A stretch of 24,241 bases of DNA from Kudoa neothunni. Lineage: Eukaryota; Animalia; Cnidaria. Position numbers and translations under genes: made by a program. The notes beneath the pieces are model-generated. The model was not told where the DNA came from, did not search any database, and was given only the letters and a program-made list of their open reading frames with translations. Shown here in pieces: positions 10,909-22,118 of the stretch; positions within the stretch are counted from its first letter, which is position 1, and every line of letters begins with the position of its first letter. The stretch covers positions 6,589,686-6,613,926 of the forward strand of contig OZ199839.1 in NCBI GenBank assembly GCA_964304625.1, in the 5' to 3' direction.

Positions 10909-12323
10909 TTTTCAACCTTATCTTAACGCAGGCGTATTTTAATCCTTTATCAAAAACAAATTTATTTGAAGTTTGTAATTTTTGATATTTTTTATAATTT
11001 GCCGCTTAATTTATTCGGCCGACTTTAAACAATAACATATACTGGAATATATTGTGATTTGAAACAAAAATGTCTTAAGTTTAAATAATCGGTAGCTTAA
11101 CGAAAATTGTCGGAAATTCAAAAAAGATTAGACCATTCTAATCTCATGAACTTTTATAGAACCTGTGAGTGTATTTTTCGATTGTTCAATAGTAACAGCT
11201 TACGTATAGAATATTTCATGTGGAAAATATGTGTTATTATTTATCTAGTCGTAATATACAATAAGGGAATTGATGAATTATCGTTATTTCAATTCAGATG
11301 AGAAGTGTGTTCAATGCTTCAATACTATTTACTCTAACAACTTTAAATGCAATTTTTTACGTTGGTGGGAATTGATTTAGCTTGCATATTGATCGGGCCG
11401 AGAGGATTAATTAATTAATCCGCTCAACTATAATTCACACAGATATATTGACATTGAGTTCGAAAGTTTATTAAAAATATTAAATTAAATTATTATTGTT
11501 ATTTAATATTGTTAATTATTATTGTTAATTATTACAATTATTATTTATTATTATGGTAGGTCGTTGACGTAATGATATTTTGGAATAGAGAAGTTAACTT
11601 TGTGATAGAGAGGATCTCAATTTTAGTAAGGATTCTAAATGAACCAGTAATCATTAATATGAATTTTCTAGTAATAATAAAATATTTTATGATTAAAGAA
11701 TTAATGGATTTATAGTTCGAAGATAAATTGAAATTTGTGTAATATCATGATATCATGATGCAAGATACTTATAAAATTGTTTTATAGCGAATAAAAATTA
11801 AATTATAAATATTATGGCTAAATTTTTACGGATAGATAAAGTCGATAATAAAAGTGAAATTTAAGATTTAGCAATAAAAAGTCGATTACACTTTTTGAAT
11901 ATAATATTTTAAATAAACTTATTTGTAAAATTGTGTAATTACACATTGGGCAGCTTAAATATCTAATGTTACTTTCGTTGTTGCTTAACTAATGAAAAAA
12001 AATTGAATAAAAAATGAGCTGGTTTAATTCCGTGTGTCAGTTTAAATGTAAACCATTCTTTGAACTAACCATAAATTCTTACATTATCTGTAATGCTTTT
12101 GTAATAGAATATATTATTTACAAAAAATAAAACTTATTAAAATAGCTGATGGGTTGGTTATATTAAGTATCGCTAACCAATTATTACACTAGAAATCTTC
12201 ATACTGGTGTATTTATTAGCCTTTAACTGAAATCACACTCAACTATTATATATTTATAGAAAATGGCTATCGACATGATAAATAATATTTCGGTGAAACT
12301 AGTTGTAACTATATTTAAATATT

Positions 12324-12480
12324 CCTGATACTTATGAGCGAATCGGTGGACCAGAATTAATTAAATATAACAGATTTATAAAAAATAAATCTGTATATGA
12401 CGTTTGAGGAGATTTTGGGATTAAACAATTAGAAGAGGCGACGGACACGGTAAAATCTTATCCTAAATGGAATGTATTAT
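12324..12480 (+). mobile_element. Possible degenerate Merlin/IS1016-like transposase fragment
   Basis: One frame reads YERIGGPELIKYNRF..V*GDFG, resembling the Merlin motif IGGPG..VEIDE..KYNRGR..WVFG with the VEIDE block deleted. No TIRs found. Confidence 0.35.
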
Positions 12481-14181
12481 GTATGTATCATGTATGTGTA
12501 TAATATAAATTTTTAATTTTAAAAACTCTTACTAAAATGCTTTCTAAAGATATAATTTTTTAGAATCTGCCGTATTTAATTATTTCTGGCTATTAAGAGA
12601 AAAGCGGTGCACGGGATATAACAAGGTATAAGCGAAACTAGCGTCATCAAAATATTATTTACCGGGCTAATAGCCAATTCCTAAAAATTCTCATTACTTG
12701 AATGTACAGGTGTTTTAGAATTGTAATTTAACGTGTCAACAGCCTCGAGTTTTTGATATGAATATCTTATAGATTCTGATATTCCTCTGAGAATCCAGAT
12801 ATCTAGAATGCGTATTGTGAAATACTTGGATATATCAAATTATACCTCAATATATATAATGAAACGTAATAATATATTACAATTTTTAAATAAAATAATT
12901 TTTTTTTAAATAAGGTAAATTATAGATCCTAATTATTTTCTGTTATTTTACACTTTAAATAGAAAGATAATCAACAAAAATAATTTTAAATTATATAATT
13001 AATTACTTTAATACATCTAATTTAGATATTTCAACACCTTTACTCCGTATTCTTAATAATTCATTATAAATATGATATTAGATTTTAAGATAAACAATTA
13101 TATTTGTAACAATACTACGCGTACATTAAACAGGGAGCGGCGGCTCCGTTGAACCACTAATAACCTATATAGTATTGAGTCATATTGGTACATTTATTCA
13201 GTGAGTATCTATTCGCTATAATATTAAATATAAATAATAATTATAAACTAAATAGTAAAATTAGTTTTTCAAAATTAAAATAATAATTTCTTGACACACC
13301 ACAATTAGTTGCATCGCCCAAAATTTTTATCTATTTTAGTATTATAAATGTCGTTTTTATCCAGCTTCGATATATATCGGAATCATAATTATATAGTCAA
13401 AGAATATTACAACAAAATTCAATTGAATGTCGAACTGATTGTAGATATTAGAAAACAATCGTCTTAATATATCCTGTTAATACAGAAAAAGGAGAGCCAC
13501 TTAAAATTCTTACCTCTAGCTTCTAAAATTAATGTCATACCAAGATTCTTTATCGAGAAAATTGTAAGAGCAGTTATGTTTATGCTCTCATTTTTAGGCC
13601 CATGTTTTAACACTGTCTCATAATTTAAAGCCGCTTTTAGACAAATTAATATTTTTTAGAATATATACAAAATTCTATATTACAAAGTTACAGGTTGTTT
13701 TAGTATTCATTTAAGTCTGATTTATTTTTTGAAAATGAATTATTATTTTTTTTAATTATTATTATGCAAATATATCACTCATAGGATTAATTCAATATAT
13801 TAATAGTGTTACTGTGAATGAAACACCTAATCGTTTAGAAATACGTATCTTACCGAAAAATTATTTTCTAAAAAATTATATCCCATAGATTTATAGGTTT
13901 TAAAGAATTTCAACAATAAGTAATATAACTATAGTTCTGATTTAATAATTGAAATTTATGATTTATAGTAAATTGAAAGGTATTTTTAATTACTGATTTA
14001 GTTTTATATTAAGTTTCTTATATTTTTAAACAAATAATAAAAATAATTTAACACAGTCATAAGACTATCGTATAATTTAAATTTCCAAATATTATATTCA
14101 ACATCAATAAATTTTTCTAAACAACATTCAATCATGTGTTAACTAATTAATTTATCCTAGCACAACATAAAGATTTTACAA

Positions 14182-14190
14182 TAATCATAT
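14182..14190 (+). promoter_or_regulatory. Conserved upstream motif TAATCATAT, gene A
   Basis: Starts 65 nt before the ATG; the same 9-mer lies 61-62 nt before B, C and D. Confidence 0.7.
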
Positions 14191-14246
14191 TAAGTTGAAC
14201 GGGATAAAATTGAGTTAATCTTCTGCCAGTCGTCTAATTAGGATTT

Positions 14247-14755
14247 ATGGATCGTCTGATGTTTCTTTTATCATTAATTTTTCTATTTATTGGTATGTAA
14301 ATTAGAGAATATGGAAGTTTTTTTGTACAAAAATTCGAGGTTTCCTCATGGTCAATGGCACACCTATTCTTCCATTGGATATAAGTGAAAAATTAACTGA
14401 ACCGGATTCTCTAACAAATGTAACACATGATTACAGAGTGCAGAAAAAGAGTGGTGTAATATGTGAAATCTGCACAGTATATGGGAAATACAAATTTTTT
14501 ATCTTAATTCTTCCTTCTCATAGAAAGCAGAAGAAATCATGAAATTATCTAAAAAGTTAGGACCTATGGAGGAACTTTTGTCATTATGCACATTCGCAGG
14601 ACCACACACACCATTGGTATGCATAACAGTTGTGTTTGGTGTATATTAATTGGTTGTAGTGCTTGGTTATAGTTGAAATAGCTATCAAAGCAACTAGAAA
14701 ATTGAAAAAATTTACTTCGACCGAAGACTTCTGTCATCATTTTTGCCCAAAATAA
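14247..14755 (+). CDS. Secreted prepro-saposin-like protein A, 123 aa, 4 exons
   Basis: Exons 14247-14292, 14340-14476, 14524-14616, 14660-14755 give MDRLMFLLSLIFLFIGFLMVNG-TPILPLD...RVQKK-SGVICEICTKAEEIMKLSKKLGPMEELLSLCTFAGPHTPLCLVIVEIAIKATRKLKKFTSTEDFCHHFCPK*. Six Cys in a saposin-type pattern. Confidence 0.88.
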
Positions 14756-15501
14756 ATCTATAAAAATATTTAAATGAATATAGATTAACTTATTAAATTT
14801 CTCTAATAGAATATACGTATTAAAATCATTTTCAATAGATTTCTTTTTCGAGGAGAGTTTAACTATAAGTTACTATAACGTGTAGTGTAGTTAGAATATG
14901 AGCTAATTTAACTCAAATAGATATGTATAAAATGAAATTATGGATTTTTTTTAAGTCAGAGCAAACAATATTTATACGTAGGGGTCAGCGGGCGAACAAG
15001 ACCATTTTATTGTGTTTATCGTAAAGACTATACAGAATATCAACAATGCTAGATGTTCAGCATCTCCAAATATAATTAGTTAAATATTTAAATAAAACTA
15101 ATATAATGAGCTTTATGTAGGATCTTAAACACAAATTAGGATTGAAAGAATCGATATGACGATTCAAATAAAATGATTTAGACTCGTATTTTTTTAAATG
15201 ATTATCGATAAATTACGAATTATACGATTACTTGGGTGAACAATACAAATTCACTAAGATATCTTATATTTATTGTTATTTGATAATATTTTTATTAAAT
15301 TAATTTTTTCAATTATAATTATTCGTAAAAATATTTAATCAAAGAGACAATTATTTTTAGTAGTCTAAAAAAATTCAGCAAAAATTAATTTTTATATGAC
15401 AATCACAATAACAATATAAAATTCATCGATATTACATTAAATTTTGTTATCTAGAAAATTTTTATACAATTTATTATTCCCATGTGATAAGATATTACAA
15501 G

Positions 15502-15510
15502 TAATCATAT
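15502..15510 (+). promoter_or_regulatory. Conserved upstream motif TAATCATAT, gene B
   Basis: Starts 61 nt before ATG 15563. Confidence 0.7.
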
Positions 15511-15562
15511 ATAAATAGAATTAATTTTTGTTAACTGCCAGTTAATCTGCAACTTTGAGTCT

Positions 15563-16073
15563 ATGGGTGGGTATTCACTTGTTATAGCCGTTTTTCTTCT
15601 TTTTGTTGGTGATTATTTATTATAATTGAACATTGTTAATGAATTCGTTTCAGCTTCTACCACAAGCATTCCAACTTATCATCCACTCGATCCCTTGTCT
15701 GGCTATGAGAAAGTAAACTCAATGACCAATAGACTTGGTGAGCATCAAAGAACTATAAAGCGAAAGAAAGGAATGTTTTGTGAACTGTGTTCAGTAAACA
15801 TTAATTGTATACTAAACTTATCTGACCGATATTTCGTTAGAAAGTTGAAGAAATAATAAAATTTGCCTCAGTAATTGGTCCCAAAGAGGAATATTTTGAA
15901 TCTGTTTGCAAATATGCAGGTTCACATCAAGAAATGGTATATCTGCACTTGGTCATGCTTATTTTTATAGTTTGTAGTGCAAGCTATTTGTGGAGGCAAC
16001 ATATGAGGCTATCGAAAAATTTTCACATGGCGATAAAACTAACGATATTTGCCGCCTTTTTTGTGACAACTAA
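15563..16073 (+). CDS. Secreted prepro-saposin-like protein B, 125 aa, 4 exons
   Basis: Exons 15563-15608, 15654-15793, 15841-15936, 15978-16073 give MGGYSLVIAVFLLFVASTTS...IKRKK-GMFCELCSKVEEIIKFASVIGPKEEYFESVCKYAGSHQEMCKLFVEATYEAIEKFSHGDKTNDICRLFCDN*. Intron phases (1,0,0) match A. Confidence 0.9.
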
Positions 16074-16717
16074 TTCAAAAGCCTCCAAATATTTAATCCC
16101 TCATAGGATCGAAAAATTACCTTAATTATCGTATATTCTAGTCGTTGTCCTAATATTATAGTATTTGTTTGATCGCCATTAGAAAATGAAAAAACTAGTG
16201 GATAAAATTTATTCTGAATGGGTTTGTTTTTTTTAGACTTTAAAAATGCAATACATATATAATATTTATTTATAATCCGGAATTATTCTGGAAATTTTGT
16301 GACTCTTGCACATATATTTAAAGATTCGATATATAAATTAAAATCCCTCCCAATTCCCATCTTTGAAATGATAATAATTACATCTTAAAAAATTGTTTTA
16401 AGAATAATTGCACCTATAAAATTTAATTAAATATTTTTTTAATTAATGGCTATTATTTTATTATAGTAAAATGACTAACCAATGAAATTTACGAACATGA
16501 CCAAAAAGAACACTCAAATATATCACGATACGCTACGATACGAATACCAAATACTGGTGCCTGCCAAATAACCTGTGTGAACAAAATTTAGGAATAAATA
16601 GTAGTTTAAATTAATGAGTTGTCACTCAAGAATACATTATTTCTTTTAAGATACTTTTTTATGTAACTTATTAAATTGTAGCCAGCAATAATTTAGTGAC
16701 ATATATTCAATAAAGTC

Positions 16718-16865
16718 GAGACTATTGGCACAGTAAAATTTAATCCTTAATGGCATGTACGCTTGCACGCCAGAAATTTTTAATCTCAGAAACTCTAATT
16801 ACAAGCTATATAGAGATTTTATTTTTTAATATCTCCTAAATATTATTTACCGTGCCAATAGCCAC
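16718..16865. mobile_element. Small MITE-like inverted-repeat element
   Basis: CTATTGGCACAGTAAA (16722-16737) and TTTACCGTGCCAATAG (16846-16861) are inverted repeats at 15/16, extendable to 17/20. No clear TSD. Confidence 0.55.
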
Positions 16866-17404
16866 ATCCTTTTAACCTTCCGAGTGCATTGGGATCATAT
16901 AAGACCGCAGAGTATAGTGTAATGTATGTTTAATTTATTATTTACAGTTGAAAGAGCCTGATATTATATCTATTCTCCTAATAACAAATTCTTAATGTAA
17001 TGCAAGAATAAAGCTTTTAATTATCTAAATTAATAAAGGAATATGCGTACTTTTTACATGTAATGCCTTCGGGGTCATATATGAACACAGTGTTTTTTTT
17101 CCATCAAATAATGCATAAAACTTGTAAGTACCATAACCCAAAGTTATATAGAATTCTATCGATAAAATAAGGAAGAAATGGGAAAAAACCTTTCCCGAAT
17201 TCATGCGAGTGACAACGAAGTGGATTAGCTTAGAATGTCGGACTATTTTGACGAAGAATATTTCACTGATTTTAAGAGTTACTACGGTGAAATTTTCAAT
17301 TCTACTCAATATTGTGATCCTGGGTCAGATTCATCTGATTCTAATTCGGATAATTTGTCATTAATTGAACTTTGCATTACGACAAATATAATGCAGTATG
17401 GGGG

Positions 17405-18108
17405 CAGTGTTTCCTAACACAATAACCACGACACATCTATGAGATGTGGAAGAATTTTTGAACACTTAATGAACAGCTCTAACGGGACGTCGATAATCCT
17501 GAGCATTGAGGTGACATGGATAATGGTGAAATAATTGGACAGTGTGGCACACAATGAAATCAATACCTCGATTTTTGATATAGATTATTTTTAAATGACT
17601 ATTTATATCATGAAATAATACCAATCACAACGAATAATTACATAAATATAAATAATAACATTTAACATTGTCTCTACTCGAAAAGAATCGAGATGGTTTA
17701 ATCTCAATCATTTCCCATTTATAACCGTGATCTCCCATATATTTGATTTTATTTAATGTAGTATTGATCATTTTCTATCAATATTATTTATTTTCTTTTT
17801 ATAACCTCCGTATACATTAAAGTTTTGTTTGAAGTGGGTTGGATTATCACGAGTTTCATTTCGCGCTGTTTTTGACGAAGTGAAGAATTAAGAAGCGAAT
17901 TTTAAAGGTCAATCGATAAATTAAGGTAGATCTGACCGATTAAATTTAATTTCAATGCGCAAAGAAGTGTGTATTAATTGTTTTCATATTTTAATGCGAC
18001 AGGAAGTTTGATTGACAGTTGTAAAACTAATACTTTTGTAAAAGGCGGGAAATAGATCTTTTTTCAATAAAAATTAGGGCGCGATGGAAAAAAGGTTGGG
18101 AAACACCG
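17405..18108 (+). mobile_element. hAT (Buster/Charlie-like) non-autonomous element nested in the piggyBac-like element
   Basis: Ends CAGTGTTTCCTAAC and GTTGGGAAACACCG are inverted at 12/14 and match the typical hAT end CAGTGTTTCCCAA. The right flank AACTATAC fits nnnTAnnn, but the left flank does not match it. The element begins where the 17235 ORF is cut. Confidence 0.62.
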
Positions 18109-18344
18109 AACTATACTTTCTTGGTTATTAGTCTAATCGTTCTGGTTGATATACTTATGTTTTTTGGCATATGTAATTTGTTTAATTTAGTCGCACACTG
18201 TTCGTCATGATATTTTAAATGCTAGCATTTTTAAATAACTTATTACAACATTAATGGTATTACAATTATTTTATCCAAATAATATACACATTATTTACTA
18301 CATTGGTAAAAACTTAATTTTACTAAAATGAACTTATTTTCACC

Positions 18345-18346
<2 letters not shown>

Positions 18347-18377
<31 letters not shown>
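18347..18377. repeat. (TA)n microsatellite
   Basis: About 15 TA units. Confidence 0.9.
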
Positions 18378-18384
<7 letters not shown>

Positions 18385-19038
18385 GTATATAGTATAGGTT
18401 TATTTAACATTTGGCTAATGTGTGTTACAAAATAATCAAATAAACTATAAATAAAGGAAAATTTGAATAATTACAGACAAATTGATCTTCTAACTGAGAT
18501 CGGATCTAATCGTATCTTCTCGTGTTATATGTTTTTTCGAAATTCGGTATGAATTTGTCGATAGATTTCTTTTAAATTTAACTAGAAAGTTTTTCAATAT
18601 ACTTAAATTAAAATAATGCCAGAAAATCGTAGGGTCATGTATGACCCCAAAAGCACCAAATGTATAGTAATTTTCGGAGCACACGGAAGGTTAATAATAT
18701 AAAAAAAATAATGCCGATTAAATCCAATATTTAATCAATTTAACTTTCAGTTACTTCACGGAATAAGGTAAACTACCTCTCAACTTTGTATTAATATATT
18801 TTGAGGGTTAAAATGCAGAATAGTGGCCTAATTTTCAGATTATAAATTATAAATGGTTCGAATATTAATCCTATATTTTTAAACCCAGATTAGCGTTATA
18901 TTTATGCCATAATTTTTGCCAGGAATGACTTATAATCATTCAATATATTAATTTTGATATTTGATGTTATGCATTCGCTACAATTGAACACTTGATGCTT
19001 GCATAAAATACGAATTCCTTTTTCTTATAGACATAGAT

Positions 19039-19389
19039 TTAATAATTGGCAATCGCTAAGGATGAAATATTACAATATAACAAAATTAAATTAGAGTTAT
19101 CCGACTTAAATTCTACAACACATAAGGCAAGCTTTACATGAGTCAATTTAATTGGTGGTATAGTCTGTCGAAATAATCGTGACGGATAAGGAATTCTCCG
19201 CATTAATAGATTACTGCAAATGCTAGTTTGATGACAAATAGCGGCTGCTGAAAGTACCCCACCGAAGACGCAACCTTGATCAATACTGATTATTAACATA
19301 TTCAACAGGTTCGTTTTTGTACGTTGTCGCTGATTTAGATTACGGCCACCATGATACATTTTTATCCTCATTAAATTTTCTAAAAGCAT
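19039..19389 (-). mobile_element. Degenerate Merlin/IS1016-like transposase fragment
   Basis: ORF contains KMYHGGR..., DQGCVFGGV and RLFRQTIPP, resembling Merlin/ISXO2 KYxRGR...QGWVFGG...LxxxIxxxIxPG. Catalytic residues and TIRs not recognised. Confidence 0.5.
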
Positions 19390-19748
19390 TATTAGATAAA
19401 ATAAAGGTCTCTAAATTAAATCATAACCATCAAAAATGTAGTCTTTATCACAGTGAAAAATAAATAAATAAATAAAACAATTAGGTATGCAGTTGATTCA
19501 GCCTTTCTAATGACTTCTATATTATATAATACCTGGAGAATGCTGACGTGTTCATATACATTAAAAGGTGATTTTTTACAATGGATAACGATAATTCCAA
19601 ATTTACAGCGAATTATTTAATTTTTATGATTCGAACTATTCAGTCAGGTTCAATAAGAATTTTACAACTATATAAAAAAATTTTTCTACTTCTAATAATT
19701 TTCTCTCTACTATAAGTGATTATAAAAGGGAATTATTGTTAGGATTAA

Positions 19749-20522
19749 CCCTTAATGGATCATTACCTTGGGTTCCACGAGCCCACCCACCTACTAAATT
19801 GTGTTTATGACCCACAAAAATTCATGAGTTTAAACCCAGATTTCACGTAAATTAATAAAAAAAATTTTTTATTGGAGATCGTTTGAACTTTCTTTTAATT
19901 TAAAATTTATTTTTTATTTAATTCAGTTTTTTGATCAATTTTAGTAATAAAATGCAGTCATTAATTACAAGTGTAATATTTTGTTTTTTTATTTAATTTC
20001 AAACTCATTTTTGAAAGTTAATCAAAATTCCTTCTGATCATGAAAGTATTTCATCGAGCGAAGTACACAATTCTAGCCAAAATAATGCGTTAAATGGGAG
20101 TTCTGAAGATGATTTGGGTATATCCTTGATAAAATATGAACAGAATAGGAGATTTAAAAATACTAAAATTTCTTTCCAGCCGACTATAAAGCGTTCAATG
20201 CAAATCGTAGGATATGATTTCGATATTCACTACGAAAAAAGTGATGACAACGATGATAATAATAGAAGGCTGTGTTATCTTTGTCCATCCAATGTCGTAC
20301 ACAGGAGTAAACAGGTTTGTTGTCAATTTCATAAGAGCGACTTTACCGAACATTCTTTAAAAAAATTACTTTTTGTAATTCTACGTAATAAAATGTGTCT
20401 TATTTTTGTTAGGCCTTCCAAAGCAATATAGTTTAAATGTTAATCGCGCTAATAACAATATTTAAGTAATTTAAGCCCAGATTTGTTCTTGGCGTGAGTC
20501 CAAAAAAATGCTCCATTAAGAG
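19749..20522 (+). mobile_element. Internally deleted piggyBac-like transposon (second family)
   Basis: TTAA at 19745-19748 and 20523-20526. TIRs CCCTTAATGGATCATT and AATGCTCCATTAAGAG match 14/16. Retains an acidic N-terminal remnant (SDHESISSSE..SEDD) and a degenerate C-terminal Cys-rich domain RRLCYLCPSNVVHRSKQVCCQFHKSDFTEH; no DDD core. Confidence 0.85.
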
Positions 20523-20889
20523 TTAATCGAATATTTGGTATAATATTTTTGCGAATAAAAATTTAATTATCAATTATAATATCAATATCAATATTATTCC
20601 GGTAATTATCGAGCAATTACGATATATATTAAATGTTTTAATTAAAAAATAATAATCTTATTACTTATTTTTTAAATCTGATTTTAAATTATTTGAAATA
20701 ATAATTGAAATCATGGAAATTTATGGAATAGAAAAATAGAAAAAATTTTTTTATATCTTTTTCATTTATAACCCTATCTATTTTAGCTAATGTGGTTATA
20801 TATAATGTAATCATGTAGAAATTTATAACATTTGTTATCTGTAAGATTAACTATAATTTATTATCTACAAGTTATTAACGTGTTCCGAA

Positions 20890-20898
20890 TAATCATAT
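20890..20898 (+). promoter_or_regulatory. Conserved upstream motif TAATCATAT, gene C
   Basis: Starts 62 nt before ATG 20952. Confidence 0.7.
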
Positions 20899-20951
20899 TA
20901 TACATAGTATTAGTTTTAGTTGGCCGCCCGGTAATCTTTGAGTTTTATTCT

Positions 20952-21462
20952 ATGGCTAGGTACATGTTTTCTTCGATTGCGTTCCTTCTCTTTGTTGGTA
21001 CCTCTAGATTATAATTGAATATTTTTAATGAAAGTAGTCTCAGCTTCTACCGCTAGCACCTCTAATCTTACAAATGATCACCTCAACACCTACGAGAGAG
21101 TAAATGCTATGGTGGATAATTTTAATGAAAGATCAAACGATGTTGACCATAAGAAGGGTATGTTGTGCAAACTATGTTCTGTAAGCTGGGATTCTGATTC
21201 TTTTAAATTATCTTTCAAATTATTTTAGAAAATCGATGAAATAATAAAATTTATTTCAATATTTGGTCTAAATGAAGAGAATGTTGAATCTGTTTGCAAA
21301 GTTGTACCATCACACGAAGATAAAGTACATCTTCATTTGTTTTTAAATTTCACTGAATCCTTATAGTGCAAGTTGATTATTGAAACAGCTTATGAATTTT
21401 ACAAGAAAGACGAGAAAGATGGCACAGTTAAAGAGGCGTGTCTTTATTTATGTGGAGAATAA
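20952..21462 (+). CDS. Secreted prepro-saposin-like protein C, 124 aa, 4 exons
   Basis: Exons 20952-20997, 21044-21180, 21229-21324, 21367-21462 give MARYMFSSIAFLLFVASTAS...DHKK-GMLCKLCSKIDEIIKFISIFGLNEENVESVCKVVPSHEDKCKLIIETAYEFYKKDEKDGTVKEACLLLCGE*. Confidence 0.9.
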
Positions 21463-22118
21463 TTCTAATCTCGAACTGATTATTGAATTCCCATGGAATT
21501 AATTACTACTAGTCTAATTGATAAAATTCGTTATATTGTTATAGTACTTACGGAGCGGAGTTATCTGTGTTTTTTTGTAGCTCTTGAAGCTGGATATTCA
21601 AATAATATTATTTATGATAAATATTTGACGACTGAACTTAGTTTATATATTCGTATTCAGAATGCAGCGCAATATAAATTGGCCAATATAATTTTTTTAT
21701 AATATCATCTAATTAATTTCTACTATTTCACCTGTGGTCCATGTATTGAGTTTTTAATTAGGCGAGATTTAAAAAGTTTTATTCAAAAAAATAAGATCCT
21801 CGGAAATTATAATAATATTTCTTATATGACTAAATCATAAATTATGAATATTGTTAATTATTAGATATTTATTATTACTAAATGCGACGTATACTTAATT
21901 ACAAAAATTTATACGGAAGTTCACCAAGGTAACAAACTTTTTTTCCATTATCTTTTAAACAACATTATAGATAAAAATACCTTTTGATAATTGGATTTTG
22001 ATTAAAAATTGTATCAAACATAAAGAAAATTCAAGTATGTAAAATAAATGATACTTTAATTCAATTTTATTGACTTAATAATTAATCACTTTTGTGAAAT
22101 TATCTAAAATTTAACGTA

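Larger units (their letters stand above)
16876..18690 (+). mobile_element. Non-autonomous or decayed piggyBac-like transposon
   Basis: TTAA on both sides (16872-16875, 18691-18694). TIRs CCTTCCGAGTGC and GCACACGGAAGG match 11/12. Asymmetric subterminal near-palindromes GGGATCATATAAGACC (16891) and GGGTCATGTATGACCCC (18632). Acidic Ser/Asp-rich ORF start 17235-17417 resembles a piggyBac N-terminus. Confidence 0.82.

Noticed and set aside
11107-11301. 64-aa ORF divergent from CHCHD2
   Set aside because: TTG start, no recognisable domain, and I could not build a convincing exon chain.
11744-11759. 16-bp palindrome ATCATGATATCATGAT
   Set aside because: It is a tandem duplication of a self-complementary 8-mer with no supporting context.
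15934-16125. ORFs 15934-16125 and 20832-21014 as independent small membrane proteins
   Set aside because: The first is intron plus out-of-frame exon 4 of gene B; the second is upstream sequence running into exon 1 of gene C.
17025-18684. Minus-strand ORFs 17025-17309 and 18490-18684
   Set aside because: They lie inside the piggyBac-like element, antisense to its ORF remnant or across its terminus.
21493-21702. 69-aa ORF just downstream of gene C
   Set aside because: AT-driven composition with no signal peptide or Cys pattern; probably chance or unrecognisable TE debris.
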